DNA of 64,000 bases, taken from the NCBI GenBank assembly GCA_049437325.1, contig JBMTIM010000007.1:10818-74817 (forward strand), given 5' to 3'. A model generated the notes under the pieces. The model ran no database searches, was not told the origin of the DNA, and was given only the letters and a program-made list of their open reading frames with translations. The translations under genes and the position numbers were made by a program. Origin of the DNA: Acidimicrobiales bacterium (GTDB lineage: Bacteria > Actinomycetota > Acidimicrobiia > Acidimicrobiales > Aldehydirespiratoraceae). How positions within the stretch are numbered: position 1 is the first letter of the stretch; each line of letters opens with the position of its first letter. This document shows, in pieces, positions 37,046 to 47,432 of this stretch.

Positions 37046-38080
37046 CTATGCCTTGGTTCGCGTCGCCGACCAGTGCGACAGCGCACCAGTTGGTTGGAAT
37101 CGCTCAGGGCGGTCCTCTGCGGCGAGCGTGTCGGTGGCGAGCCACAAGCGTTTGAGCCAACGCACCTGACCGTGCTCGGGATCATCCTCGTACTCCCGAC
37201 GGCCGTGCAAGACGTGATAGTTGTTCACGAACTGCATGTCACCCGGCTGGAACCGCATCTCGACCCAGTGCTCGGGATCGTCCACGAGCGCCGAGTACGC
37301 CTTCATCGCAGCCAACTGCATTTCGGTGAGGCGGGGTGTCGTGTCGTGCCGCTGGGAGGCCAGGACGAACTGCGGGATGTAGCGGATGAACAGACGATCA
37401 CCATGCCGGGTGAACGCAGGAACGTGATAGTAGGGCCTCCCTCCGTCCGGCTGCTCACCCCGATAGTCGTAGGGCAGTCCCTCGTAGAGCACAGCGGCCA
37501 GTTCGGGATCCGACTCGGCCAACAGGTTGTGGCAGAGCAGGGCATTGGAGATGAGGCTCTCGCCACCGGCGATGCCGGGATCGAGACACAGCAGACCGAC
37601 CAGATCGGAACCGTCGGAGTGGAATCCGAGCGCCGAACCACCCATCTCGTACCCGCGGATGTTCGGGTCGTCGGGGGACTTGCCGGCATCTTTGACGTCA
37701 CCGAGCAGGTGACCGCGGGCGTTCTGGGCCCACGGGATACCGAGGTGCATGCCGATTCCCCAGTAGATCCACGACGCATCGTCGAAGCCGAGACGATCGA
37801 CCGGGAGCCCGCAGATGCGATGGAAGCCCCGTCCGTTGATCAGTTCGTCGGCCATCTCGTCGAGCACCGACGCAAACGTCGGAAGCGGAAAGTGCTCCGC
37901 TCCCACGTCGAGCACTTCGTCGGTTGCCGCGCGTGCGAACGCCAAGGCCGCCTCGAGTTCGGCGATCTCGGTGTCGGTCAGGTGATGCGTCCACATCGAA
38001 GCATCGGCGACATCGGCGGCACGCCATTCGGCATGACGCTCGAGCGGTTCCACACGGTCGGGGGTCATGGTGGCGATCAT
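37046..38080 (-). CDS. TauD/TfdA-family Fe(II)/2OG dioxygenase
   Basis: 344 aa with an LGFHSDGSD (HxD) motif. ATGA overlap with the upstream aminoacylase gene. Confidence 0.75.
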   Translation of the reverse strand: MIATMTPDRVEPLERHAEWRAADVADASMWTHHLTDTEIAELEAALAFARAATDEVLDVGAEHFPLPTFASVLDEMADELINGRGFHRICGLPVDRLGFDDASWIYWGIGMHLGIPWAQNARGHLLGDVKDAGKSPDDPNIRGYEMGGSALGFHSDGSDLVGLLCLDPGIAGGESLISNALLCHNLLAESDPELAAVLYEGLPYDYRGEQPDGGRPYYHVPAFTRHGDRLFIRYIPQFVLASQRHDTTPRLTEMQLAAMKAYSALVDDPEHWVEMRFQPGDMQFVNNYHVLHGRREYEDDPEHGQVRWLKRLWLATDTLAAEDRPERFQPTGALSHWSATRTKA

Positions 38081-39813
38081 GAGGACACTCCAGTACTCGC
38101 CGGGGCGGGTTGCGGTCCGCGTACGAGGCGGCCCGGTAATTCGCCGGTCGCCTCGCCGTCGCGATACGTCTCGACACCGGCGACGAAGGTGTGGCGGTAC
38201 CCATCAGCTCGCTGCACGATGCGACGACCGCCAGCCGGCAGGTCGTAGAGCAATTCGGGCTGGCGGACGCGAAGGCGATCGAAGTCGATCACGTTGAGGT
38301 CGGCTCGGTATCCCGGCGCGATCACTCCACGATCCTCGAGGCCCACGACCGACGCTGTGTCGGCACACTGCCGCTTGATGAGGAACTCGAGTTCGATCTT
38401 CTCTCCGTTGCGATCACGGCCCCAGTGTTGCAGCAGGGTCGTGGGGAAGGAGCCGTCGCAGATCGTGCCGACATGGGCGCCACCGTCGGACAACGCCGGG
38501 ACGGTGTACGGATGTGTCAGTAGCTCGCGGGTGCCGTCGAGATTGCCCTTGCCGAAGTTCGAGAACGGCACCCACAGCATGGCGGTCCCGTCGTTTTCCA
38601 GCATTGCGTCGAGCGCCACCTCCGCCGCCGCTCGGTCGGTGCGCTGCGCGATTGCCAGAATCGAGTCACTCGGATCGGGCTCGTAGTTCGGATCCTCTCC
38701 CAAGGCGAACATGATCTCGTACTTCTCGATCAGGCGACCGCCGACGGCCTGCATCTCCTTGCCCCCAGCCGCGGCGAGCAACCGGGCTCGAACGTCGCGG
38801 TCGCGCAGCATCTCGTTTCGTTCGGATCGCGGAAGATCGGCAATCTCTCGATACACCGGATTGACAAGGAAGGGGTTGAGCGTGCACTCGAAGCCCAACA
38901 ACACACCGATCGGGCGCACGGCGGTCTGACCGGTGACACAGAGGTCGTCCTCGCGGGCGTGCTCGATGTGTTCGAGAATGCGCCGGTGGTAGTCGTAACC
39001 ACGCGGCGACTCGACCAGCGTGAAGCTCACGGGACGTCCGGACGACTCGGTCATCGCCCGGACGAGGGCAAATTCGGCATCGATGTCGGCGAAGTCGCTC
39101 ACGAGTTGCAACACGCCCCGACCGGTGGCCCCGATCGCCTCGGCGATCCCGACGAGTTCGTCGCGGGCTGCGGTCAGCGTGGGAGTCGGCTCACCGAGGG
39201 ACGTCTTGTGATTCTGGGTGCGACTGGTGGTGAACCCGAGGAATCCGGCGTCGACACCCTCGGCTGCGAGTCGTCCCATCTCGGCGATGTCGTCTGGTGT
39301 TGCGTCCTCACCCTTTGCACCGCGCTCCCCCATCACGTGCAACCGCAGCGCCGCATGTGGGACCTGTGCCGCAATGTCCATGTCCTTCGGCCCATCGAGC
39401 GCGTCGAGATAGTCCCCGAGCGTGTTCCACTCCCAGGTCAGTCCCTCGTGCAGCGCCGTTCCAGGAATGTCCTCGACCCCCTCCATCAACTGCACGAGAC
39501 GTTCGTGGTCGGCGTCATGGACCGGCGCGAACCCCACCCCACAGTTGCCGAAAACCACGGTTGTGACACCGTGCCACGAGGACGGCTGCATCGTTGCCTC
39601 CCACGTTGCTTGGCCGTCGTAGTGCGTATGGATGTCGACGAATCCAGGTGCAACGAGCATGCCTGTCGCATCGATCTCGCGCCTGCCGGACCCTTCGATC
39701 ACACCAACCGCCGTGACGAAACCCCCATCGATCGCCACGTCGGTGACCCGCCGTGGCGAGCCGGTACCGTCGATGAGCGTGCCACCTCGTATGACCAGAT
39801 CGTGCGATGCCAT
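38077..39813 (-). CDS. N-acyl-D-amino-acid deacylase (D-aminoacylase)-family amidohydrolase
   Basis: Track ORF trimmed to the ATG at 39813 ([20 protein letters not shown]...). It has the [12 protein letters not shown] metal-binding motif. 578 aa. Confidence 0.8.
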   Translation of the reverse strand: MASHDLVIRGGTLIDGTGSPRRVTDVAIDGGFVTAVGVIEGSGRREIDATGMLVAPGFVDIHTHYDGQATWEATMQPSSWHGVTTVVFGNCGVGFAPVHDADHERLVQLMEGVEDIPGTALHEGLTWEWNTLGDYLDALDGPKDMDIAAQVPHAALRLHVMGERGAKGEDATPDDIAEMGRLAAEGVDAGFLGFTTSRTQNHKTSLGEPTPTLTAARDELVGIAEAIGATGRGVLQLVSDFADIDAEFALVRAMTESSGRPVSFTLVESPRGYDYHRRILEHIEHAREDDLCVTGQTAVRPIGVLLGFECTLNPFLVNPVYREIADLPRSERNEMLRDRDVRARLLAAAGGKEMQAVGGRLIEKYEIMFALGEDPNYEPDPSDSILAIAQRTDRAAAEVALDAMLENDGTAMLWVPFSNFGKGNLDGTRELLTHPYTVPALSDGGAHVGTICDGSFPTTLLQHWGRDRNGEKIELEFLIKRQCADTASVVGLEDRGVIAPGYRADLNVIDFDRLRVRQPELLYDLPAGGRRIVQRADGYRHTFVAGVETYRDGEATGELPGRLVRGPQPAPASTGVSS

Positions 39814-39863
39814 ACCTCCATGATGCCGCTTGCTAGGTCTCGGCGTCACGTTCGTGGCAACCT

Positions 39864-40637
39864 GTGTCCGTGTCACGCCCTTCACCGTTTCACGCCGCCG
39901 CCGAGATCCGTGCAATCGGTGAGTTCGGTTCGTTTGCGCTTGGGGCGCCAATGCTCCGCCGATTCCTCCCGACGGGCAATCGCCCCGTCTTCGTCATGCC
40001 GGGCTTTCTCGCCGACGACGCCAGCACCGCCCCACTTCGCAGAACGCTCGACTCCCTCGGACACGTCACCTACGGCTGGGACCTCGGTCGCAATCTTGGC
40101 CCTACTCCTGACATCCTCGACGGGATCGTGGAACGCCTCGACGACCTCCATCACGCACACGGTGAGATCGACATCATCGGATGGAGCCTTGGCGGCATCT
40201 TTGGCCGCGAACTCGCTCGGGTGGCCCCACACACGATCCGTCAGGTCATCACGCTGGGCAGCCCGTTCCAGATCGCGACGCCCACGGACAGCAACGCGTC
40301 GGCGGCGTACCGATCGCTCAGCCATCTTCACGCACCCGGACTCGAGATGCGGGTACCGGCGTACGTCCGCGAACCCCTCGCGGTTCCTGCGACATCGATC
40401 TACACCCGCAGCGACGGTGTGGTCCAGTGGCACCACTGCCTCAACCACGACGAGGAGCACACCGAGAACGTCGAGGTGTACGGCAGCCATTGTGGACTGG
40501 GATTCAACCTCGCTGCCCTGATCGTGGTGGCCGACCGTCTGGCCCAGCCAGCGGACAGCTGGAGGCCATTCCGGGTCCGACGAGCGCTCCGGGGCCTCTT
40601 CCCCACCGCACCGACCTACCGAGTGCCGGCGGCCTGA
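39864..40637 (+). CDS. Alpha/beta-fold hydrolase
   Basis: 257 aa with a GTG start and the GWSLGG nucleophile elbow. Confidence 0.6.
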   Translation: MSVSRPSPFHAAAEIRAIGEFGSFALGAPMLRRFLPTGNRPVFVMPGFLADDASTAPLRRTLDSLGHVTYGWDLGRNLGPTPDILDGIVERLDDLHHAHGEIDIIGWSLGGIFGRELARVAPHTIRQVITLGSPFQIATPTDSNASAAYRSLSHLHAPGLEMRVPAYVREPLAVPATSIYTRSDGVVQWHHCLNHDEEHTENVEVYGSHCGLGFNLAALIVVADRLAQPADSWRPFRVRRALRGLFPTAPTYRVPAA

Positions 40638-40660
40638 GCGCAGCGGCCCGATTCGACAGA

Positions 40661-42580
40661 TCAGGCCGACAGCTCCGGGCGATCCCTGAAGAACTCCAGG
40701 GCTTCCGGGTTCGCCAGCGCCTCGACGTTCTTGAGTTCACGCCCGGCCACGAGGTCACGGACCGCGAGTTCGGTAATCTTCCCGCTGCGCGTGCGGGGAA
40801 TGTCGTCGACCGCAGCAATCACCGCCGGTACGTGTCGCGGGGTGACCTCAGCACGGATCCGTTCCTGGATACGCCTTCGGAGAGCATCGTCGAGTTCGTG
40901 GCCTTCCGCCATCTTGACGAACAGCACGATGCGCGTGTCGTTCTCCCATGGTTGACCGATCACCACGCTCTCCTCGATCTCGGGCATGGTGTCGACCCGT
41001 CGATAGATCTCCGCAGTGCCGATGCGCACACCACCGGGATTGAGCGTGGCATCAGAACGGCCGCTGATGACAAAGCCGCCACGCGCAGTACGTGAGATGA
41101 AGTCGCCGTGGTGCCACATCCCCTCGAACCGGTCGAAGTAGGCGGCGTCGTAGCGCTCGTTGTCCGGATCGTTCCAGAAGCAGATCGGTGTCGACGGGAA
41201 CGGTGCGCGACACACGAGTTCGCCTTCGACCCCAGCCGCCGCCGATATGCCATCCTCATCGACCACATCGACAGCCATCGCCAGGGCCGGCACCTGGATC
41301 TCTCCCGCGTACACCGGTGCCACCGGGTTTCCGATCACCAGACATCCGCAGAGATCCGTCCCACCCGACATCGACACCAGATGAACGTCGGTCTTGATGG
41401 CGTCGTACACGAAAGCAAAGCCTTCCGGGTTCAGCGTCGAACCGGTGGAGGTGAGCGTTCGGACAGTCGACAGGTCGTGGGTGTCGAGCGGCCGGATCGC
41501 TGCATGAGCACATGCATCGAGAAACTTCGCCGACGTCCCCAACAGGGTGACGCCAACCTCATCGGCAAGATCGAACAGCCGGTTGTGGTCGGGCCACGTC
41601 GGCGACCCGTCGTACAGGACCACTGTTGCATCAGCTGCGAGGACCGACGCGAGCCAGTTCCACATCATCCAGCCAGCAGTCGTGAAGTAGAACACGCGGT
41701 CACCGGAACGAATATCGCAGTGCAACACCTGTTCAGTGAGGTGCTTGAGCAACACGCCACCGGCTCGGTGGACGATGCACTTGGGCTTCCCCGTCGTACC
41801 GGACGAGAACAGCACGTACCACGGATGGTCGAACGGCAGCGGTTCGAACGTGATCGTCGTCGCTTCGACATGGTCGAGCCAGCCCGATTCGATCACGACC
41901 ACCGACGTGACCGTGGGCAACAACGACCGAATCTCGTCGAGTCGGGCAAGACAGTCGTGCCGCTTGCCGTTGTACGCATAGTCCGGCACGGCAAACAACA
42001 CCGTCGGTTCGATCTGACCGAACCGATCGACCACTCCATCGACGCCGAAGTCGGGAGACGTCGACGCAAACGTTGCACCAAGCCCCGCCGCTGCAAGCAT
42101 CACGGCACAGGTCTCCGGCCGGTTCGGTAGCCATGCGGCAACCCGGTCGCCAACTCCCACGCCGGCCTGGCGGAGCAGGACCTGAATGCGAGCCACCATG
42201 TCGTGCAGTTCGGCCCGTGTGACATCGACCGCTTCGCCGTCCTCACCCCGGAAGATGATCGCCAGATCGTCGGTCGGTTCGCCGAGCAGATTCTCGGCCA
42301 CATTGAGGGTTGCGTTCGGGAGAAAGCGGACATCCCGAAATCGATCGGCGTCTTCGACAAGGCGTTCTCCGCGGTCACCGACGACCCCACAGAACTCCCA
42401 CGCCTTGGCCCAGAACGTGTCGGGCGACGCCACGCTCCACTCGTGAAAGCGGTCGTAGGCAGCCACGGGATCAGAGGGAAGTTCGAATCCGACGTCGGCT
42501 GACACCGTCGTCATGAAGCGGTACAGATTGGTCGAGTGAATCCGCTCGAGATCAGGTGACCAGAGGGGCACATCGGGCAT
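40661..42580 (-). CDS. Acetoacetate--CoA ligase (acetoacetyl-CoA synthetase)
   Basis: 639 aa. N-terminus PLWSPDLERIHSTNLYRF, and YFTTAGWMMWNW plus FSSGTTGKPK AMP-binding motifs. Confidence 0.85.
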   Translation of the reverse strand: MPDVPLWSPDLERIHSTNLYRFMTTVSADVGFELPSDPVAAYDRFHEWSVASPDTFWAKAWEFCGVVGDRGERLVEDADRFRDVRFLPNATLNVAENLLGEPTDDLAIIFRGEDGEAVDVTRAELHDMVARIQVLLRQAGVGVGDRVAAWLPNRPETCAVMLAAAGLGATFASTSPDFGVDGVVDRFGQIEPTVLFAVPDYAYNGKRHDCLARLDEIRSLLPTVTSVVVIESGWLDHVEATTITFEPLPFDHPWYVLFSSGTTGKPKCIVHRAGGVLLKHLTEQVLHCDIRSGDRVFYFTTAGWMMWNWLASVLAADATVVLYDGSPTWPDHNRLFDLADEVGVTLLGTSAKFLDACAHAAIRPLDTHDLSTVRTLTSTGSTLNPEGFAFVYDAIKTDVHLVSMSGGTDLCGCLVIGNPVAPVYAGEIQVPALAMAVDVVDEDGISAAAGVEGELVCRAPFPSTPICFWNDPDNERYDAAYFDRFEGMWHHGDFISRTARGGFVISGRSDATLNPGGVRIGTAEIYRRVDTMPEIEESVVIGQPWENDTRIVLFVKMAEGHELDDALRRRIQERIRAEVTPRHVPAVIAAVDDIPRTRSGKITELAVRDLVAGRELKNVEALANPEALEFFRDRPELSA

Positions 42581-43616
42581 GCGCCCACACTACGGTCTCG
42601 GCGTGGCCTCGATACCGAGAGCGGCCGTTCGTCGTCCGATCAGCTACGGCATCAGCACCGTTGCGGCAGTGCTGTTCTTGGTGCTCACGCCCGTCGTGCT
42701 TCCCCTGCTGTACCTGACCGATCTCGCCACCGGTCGTGTTCGCGGCAAACGAGCACGAGTCTGGCTCCTCCTCGGCTCCACGATCTGGTTCGAGTACCTG
42801 GGAGTCTTCGGCGCAGGTGCGCTCTGGCTTCGCTATCTCGGGGGCCGGATCGACCACGAGGGTTGGCTCGCCGCGAACTACCGACTGGAGTTCTGGTGGT
42901 GCCGCCACCATCGCAACAACCTCCGCCGCTTCGCCGGAGTGCAACTCACCCTCCTCGACGACCAACCCCTTCGCGGTGGTCGCTCCATCGTGATCTCGCG
43001 ACATTCGAGCCACATCGATGCGATCGTGCCGCTGACCGTGCTCGAAATGGTCGGCCGAACCCCGTGCTACACCCTCAAGCAAGATCTGCAGTGGGCACCG
43101 GCAATGGACCTCGTCGGTCAACGAACCCACAACGTCTGGATCGATCGCACCCCTCGGCCCGGCTCACCGATGATGACCAAGATCGAACGACTGGCGAGGA
43201 CCATGCCCCCTGACGGCAGTGCCGTCATCTTCCCCGAGGGGACCTTCCGCACCAAAGAGCGTCACGATCGAGCGATTGCGAGGCTGCAGCGAACCAAACC
43301 CGCATTGGCCAACCGCGCCGATCGCCTCCGATACGTTCTCCCGCCGCGACCGGCCGGCACACTCGCTCTGCTCCGCGGCGCGCCCGACGCTGATCTCGTC
43401 ATCCTCGCCAACGTCGGTACCGAAGGCCGAAGCGACATCTCCGACATCATCGCCACGATCGACGAGCCCCATCCGATCACCGTCATGGCCACCCGTCATG
43501 CCCGTGCCGACGTCCCCGAAGACGAAGACGAATTCACCGAGTGGCTCGTCGACCGATGGCTCGAGATGGACGACTGGATCCACGAGCAGCTGATGACAGG
43601 TGCACACCGGTCATGA
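42579..43616 (+). CDS. Lysophospholipid/1-acylglycerol-3-phosphate acyltransferase-family protein
   Basis: HSSHIDA (HxxxxD) and FPEGTF motifs, with N-terminal TM segments. The start is uncertain because the ATG overlaps the divergent start codon. Confidence 0.65.
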   Translation: MRPHYGLGVASIPRAAVRRPISYGISTVAAVLFLVLTPVVLPLLYLTDLATGRVRGKRARVWLLLGSTIWFEYLGVFGAGALWLRYLGGRIDHEGWLAANYRLEFWWCRHHRNNLRRFAGVQLTLLDDQPLRGGRSIVISRHSSHIDAIVPLTVLEMVGRTPCYTLKQDLQWAPAMDLVGQRTHNVWIDRTPRPGSPMMTKIERLARTMPPDGSAVIFPEGTFRTKERHDRAIARLQRTKPALANRADRLRYVLPPRPAGTLALLRGAPDADLVILANVGTEGRSDISDIIATIDEPHPITVMATRHARADVPEDEDEFTEWLVDRWLEMDDWIHEQLMTGAHRS

Positions 43617-43761
43617 CGTTGACCCCGCTGATCGGTCTGACGCTGCGCAGCACCAGTGGTATCGCCAGCTCCTGCCGAGACGCATGTTCACCTCGCGACG
43701 GCACTTCCCTGACCTGCAGCGCTTCGTTCACACACCACCGTCCAACCGTGGAGATCGACAC

Positions 43762-44541
43762 ATGACCGTACGACCCGCCGACCCTGCCGACCTCCAGTTC
43801 GCCATCGACATTGCTCGGCGTGCCGGGGCGATCACCCTCGATCTGTTCCGCAGCACCACGTTGCGGGTGGACCACAAAGGTGATGGGTCCCCGGTAACCG
43901 CAGCCGACCTCGCTGCCGAGACCTTCCTCCGCCAACAGCTGATCGACACCCATCCCGGCGACGGGATTGTCGGCGAGGAGCACGGCAACAAAGACGCCAC
44001 AACCGGAAGGACGTGGGTCGTTGATCCGATCGATGGAACCAAAGCGTTCACCAGGGGTGTTCCGCTTTTTGCGACACTGATCGCACTGATCGACGAGCAC
44101 GGTCCTGCTATCGGTGTGATCCACCTACCCGGACTCGACGAGACAGTCGCAGCCGGCCGGGGCCTGGGGGCCACCGTGAACGGCGAGCCGTGTCGCGTCT
44201 CGGATCATGTCGGTGTCGAGGGGGCCTACATCATGACCAGTGGCTTTTCCTACTGGCCCGATGAGGCCCTCGCTTCCATCATGGCGAGCCCGGCTGTGCT
44301 TCGAACGTGGGGTGATGCCTATGGCTACACGCTGGTCGCGACCGGCCGAGCGGAGGCGATGATCGATCCCATGGCCAACCCGTGGGACGTGGCACCGATG
44401 GCGGTGATCATCCCTGAAGCAGGTGGCACGTTCTCTGGCTTCGACGGTTCGACCGGACCTGACGCCTGGCGATGCGGTTCGGGCATGGCAACGAACGGCT
44501 CCCTTCAGCCGGACCTGCTCGAACTGTGGGGAGCCGACTGA
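43762..44541 (+). CDS. Inositol-monophosphatase-family phosphatase (possibly a histidinol-phosphatase type)
   Basis: Track ORF trimmed to the ATG at 43762. It contains VGEEHG and WVVDPIDGTKAF motifs. Confidence 0.8.
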   Translation: MTVRPADPADLQFAIDIARRAGAITLDLFRSTTLRVDHKGDGSPVTAADLAAETFLRQQLIDTHPGDGIVGEEHGNKDATTGRTWVVDPIDGTKAFTRGVPLFATLIALIDEHGPAIGVIHLPGLDETVAAGRGLGATVNGEPCRVSDHVGVEGAYIMTSGFSYWPDEALASIMASPAVLRTWGDAYGYTLVATGRAEAMIDPMANPWDVAPMAVIIPEAGGTFSGFDGSTGPDAWRCGSGMATNGSLQPDLLELWGAD

Positions 44542-44566
44542 GCAGCAGGCTCTCGCTCCCCAGCGA

Positions 44567-45226
44567 TCAACCTGCGGCCAACTGATCGAAGATCTGCCGG
44601 TACCCGGCGTCGGGCTCCGACGGCGCAACGCCGAGTGGACTCTCACAGGTGGCGCCTGCCTCCGGAGCGGTCTCGGAAACTCGACCAAGTTGCGCTTCGG
44701 CAAACCTGGCCACGACAGGGGCGCTGATGTCCTCGACTGCGACCTGACGTTGCCATGCCGACACCACGATCGGATTCACGAGCCCGGGATACGGGGCGGC
44801 CAAGTAGTGGCCATCCGTGGCGACGAGCGCAGCGATGGCCTCGATCGCCGCGCCGGGAAGGTTGGGGTCGTACGCAATCCAGATTGCGCCGTGTTCCATC
44901 GAATGAACGGCAGTCTCATCGCGAATCGGCTCGGTGTAGAAACCACATGCCTGCCATACCGGGAAATGTGCGCCACTCGTCGGGGGACTGGTCGAGTACT
45001 CCACGTCACACAGAACGTGGTCAACGGCCGTCGCCTCGTATTCGACAACAACACCGAGCTCGAGAGCGGCAGGCGTCGGCCGCTCGACGGTTGGGCACGG
45101 ATCCCCGCTCTCGGCCCCCTGTAGATCATCCTCCGCCGGCGTGAGACCGCACGACGAAGCGCTGATGACGGCAAGCCCGACAAGCCAACCGGTGAGCAAC
45201 CTGACACGACAGCTACGGCGACCCAT
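44567..45226 (-). CDS. DUF3105-like secreted/lipoprotein
   Basis: Signal/lipobox LAVISASSCG. The HSMEHGAIWIAY motif resembles DUF3105. Recognition only. Confidence 0.55.
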   Translation of the reverse strand: MGRRSCRVRLLTGWLVGLAVISASSCGLTPAEDDLQGAESGDPCPTVERPTPAALELGVVVEYEATAVDHVLCDVEYSTSPPTSGAHFPVWQACGFYTEPIRDETAVHSMEHGAIWIAYDPNLPGAAIEAIAALVATDGHYLAAPYPGLVNPIVVSAWQRQVAVEDISAPVVARFAEAQLGRVSETAPEAGATCESPLGVAPSEPDAGYRQIFDQLAAG

Positions 45227-45274
45227 GGAACGCCACGCTATCGACTCCTCAACGGCTCCCGGATCAGCGCAGTA

Positions 45275-46219
45275 TCAACGACCGACGAGCACCGGTGCAT
45301 CAGACTCGATCAGATTGATCCGTTCGAGACGATCGGCGAACAACGACGCATCGGCGATGTCCTTTGCATACACCGCCTTCCGGCGGGCAACCCGCCCACT
45401 GGACCGTGATGGATCGGGTGCATCAGCGCCGTACTGCGCCTCGATGCCCTCCTGCAACATCACCAGCGATTCCGACCGCAACTGACTGACGCGAGACTCG
45501 GTGACGCCAAGCAGCTCTGCCAAGTCCTGGCTGGTACGACCCTCGAGGAAATAACCCACGACAACGATGCGATGACGCTCGGGGAGCAAGCTGATTGCGT
45601 CACGGAGATACCCGTGCAACTCACGGTTCTCCAGTTCGAAGGATGGTTCAGGCGCGTGATCGTCGACAAGCACGTCGACGAGTGTGAGATCGTTCTCGAT
45701 CCCATCCGCAGCTTCGTGCTCGAGTGCGAGTACGACGCTGCGAAACATCCGATCCTTGAGTTGGTCGAGTTCGCTTTGGCTCATCCCCAGCGCCTCGGCA
45801 ATTTCTTCCTTGCTCGGCACTCGGCCAAGTTCGGTTGCGAGACGCTGCTCGACGTTCTCGAGTTTGCGACCGAAGCTACGAACCGAACGCGGGGCCCAAT
45901 CGGCAGCCCGGACGGCATCCAGAATCGCACCGCGAATTCGTTGCGCAGCAAACCGTTCGAACGGAACCCCGCGGGATTCGTCGAACCGACGGGCCGCTTC
46001 GACGAGGCCCAGGGCGCCGGACCGCGCCAGTTCGTCACGGTCGACATGACGGGGGAACTGAACCGCCACCTGGAACACGATGTGCTTCACCAGCGAGAGA
46101 TTCGCCTCGATCAAATCGGCCAGCTCGACCGGAATCGAGTCAGCGCCCAGGGTGGGGCGTTCACGTCGACGTGAAGCTCTCGTTCGTCGCATTGGCTGTT
46201 CTGTTTCGCCCAGAGTCAT
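45275..46219 (-). CDS. Sigma-70-family RNA polymerase sigma factor (FliA/WhiG/SigB-like group 3)
   Basis: Region 2: GLVEAARRFDESRGVPFERFAAQRIRGAI. Region 4 HTH: SQDLAELLGVTESRVSQLRSE. A tail of about 60 aa follows region 4. The start is uncertain (TTG 46279, ATG 46219 or ATG 46192). Confidence 0.85.
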   Translation of the reverse strand: MTLGETEQPMRRTRASRRRERPTLGADSIPVELADLIEANLSLVKHIVFQVAVQFPRHVDRDELARSGALGLVEAARRFDESRGVPFERFAAQRIRGAILDAVRAADWAPRSVRSFGRKLENVEQRLATELGRVPSKEEIAEALGMSQSELDQLKDRMFRSVVLALEHEAADGIENDLTLVDVLVDDHAPEPSFELENRELHGYLRDAISLLPERHRIVVVGYFLEGRTSQDLAELLGVTESRVSQLRSESLVMLQEGIEAQYGADAPDPSRSSGRVARRKAVYAKDIADASLFADRLERINLIESDAPVLVGR

Positions 46220-46439
46220 CGCCCAGCATCTTTCACGATCTCCGGGGAACACACCCCCGGACAGTTTCCAACGGAGCAAGAATCGACTCGGTCGGTGAAA
46301 ACCTTTAGCGATCTTTTGCGATGGCAGACAGCTCGGTCAATTCGGCGTCTGCTTTTGCATTCTTCGGAAGGTTTCAACAGCGCCTTGACGATTCGTCCAA
46401 CTTTCCCTGCCGCCGTCGTTCTGCGAACCCTGCGTTCGT

Positions 46440-47432
46440 TCAGACGAAGGTGGTGATTCCCTCGAAACGCACCGGCTTCACTCCTTGACCGGCAAGCGTG
46501 TCGAGCATGGAGACCGTGTCGTTGACCCCCGCCAGGCCCGAAGAGCCGGGAGCAAGCCGACCCCGAACAACCTCGAGTGTCGTTGCGGTCGCCATTGCGC
46601 CCGCCGCAACCGCTGGGCGTTCGACAGCCCCGAAGACCGAGACGCGACGTTCGACCCCTACTCTGCCGCGCAATTCGACGCGCACTGCGCCAATTCCTCC
46701 CTCTGGATGCGGTCGACGCAGCATCGGCAGGGGGGCTGTGAGTCGATCGCGACGCGTCGCCGCTTGACGGGCGGTCACCCGCTGAACCCGATCGAAGTGA
46801 CCCACCAACAGCAGAGGGTCTGGCAATGCGGCTCGGTAGCAATCGCGGCCGCCGACCGGATCGGGGAACCACGCCAATTCTCGACCGGATCCCCCGGCAC
46901 GACGCGTCCATCGACCATCGCGCCAGTCGACGCCAGTGGAGCTCAATGCCCGGTGATGTTGGCGAGCACACGCCGGACCACCCGTACCAACCTTCGCCAC
47001 GTGAATCTCGTCGATCTCGTCGTAGTCGCGAGCGCCGTGCCGGGCCAACAGACATGTCAGCCCAGGCATGAACCCTGCACCGACCACGACTGGGACGCCG
47101 TGATAGGTGGCCTCGTCATCGAGCGCGAGCAGACGCCGAACCTCCGATGTCTGGTTGGACGTCGTCACCACCGGCACACCTGCGTGGACTCCTCGGCGAG
47201 CGACGGCAACCTGACTTCCCGGCGGCGTTGCGACGACAATCGCGTCGTAGTGGGCTTCGATACGGCGGCCAACGCCACGCGTCACCCACCCATCAAAGGA
47301 CGCCGTCAAGTCGTCGAGTCGTTCCTCGCTCGAGTCTCGCACCTCGAGTGCCTCGACGAGACCCGTCGATCGCAACTGCCGCGCAATGCGAGCGCCAGTC
47401 GCACCGGCGCCGAAAAGAAGGATTCGAGTCAT
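46440..47432 (-). CDS. Saccharopine-dehydrogenase-like NAD(P)-binding protein
   Basis: Track ORF trimmed to the ATG at 47432. The N-terminus MTRILLFGAGATGARIARQL is a Rossmann fold. 330 aa. Confidence 0.65.
   Translation of the reverse strand: MTRILLFGAGATGARIARQLRSTGLVEALEVRDSSEERLDDLTASFDGWVTRGVGRRIEAHYDAIVVATPPGSQVAVARRGVHAGVPVVTTSNQTSEVRRLLALDDEATYHGVPVVVGAGFMPGLTCLLARHGARDYDEIDEIHVAKVGTGGPACARQHHRALSSTGVDWRDGRWTRRAGGSGRELAWFPDPVGGRDCYRAALPDPLLLVGHFDRVQRVTARQAATRRDRLTAPLPMLRRPHPEGGIGAVRVELRGRVGVERRVSVFGAVERPAVAAGAMATATTLEVVRGRLAPGSSGLAGVNDTVSMLDTLAGQGVKPVRFEGITTFV

Noticed and set aside
46981-47000. A third parS-like site (TTCGCCACGTGAATCT).
   Set aside because: Only the central CACGTGAA is shared, with five or more mismatches to the 16-mer consensus, and it lies inside a coding region.
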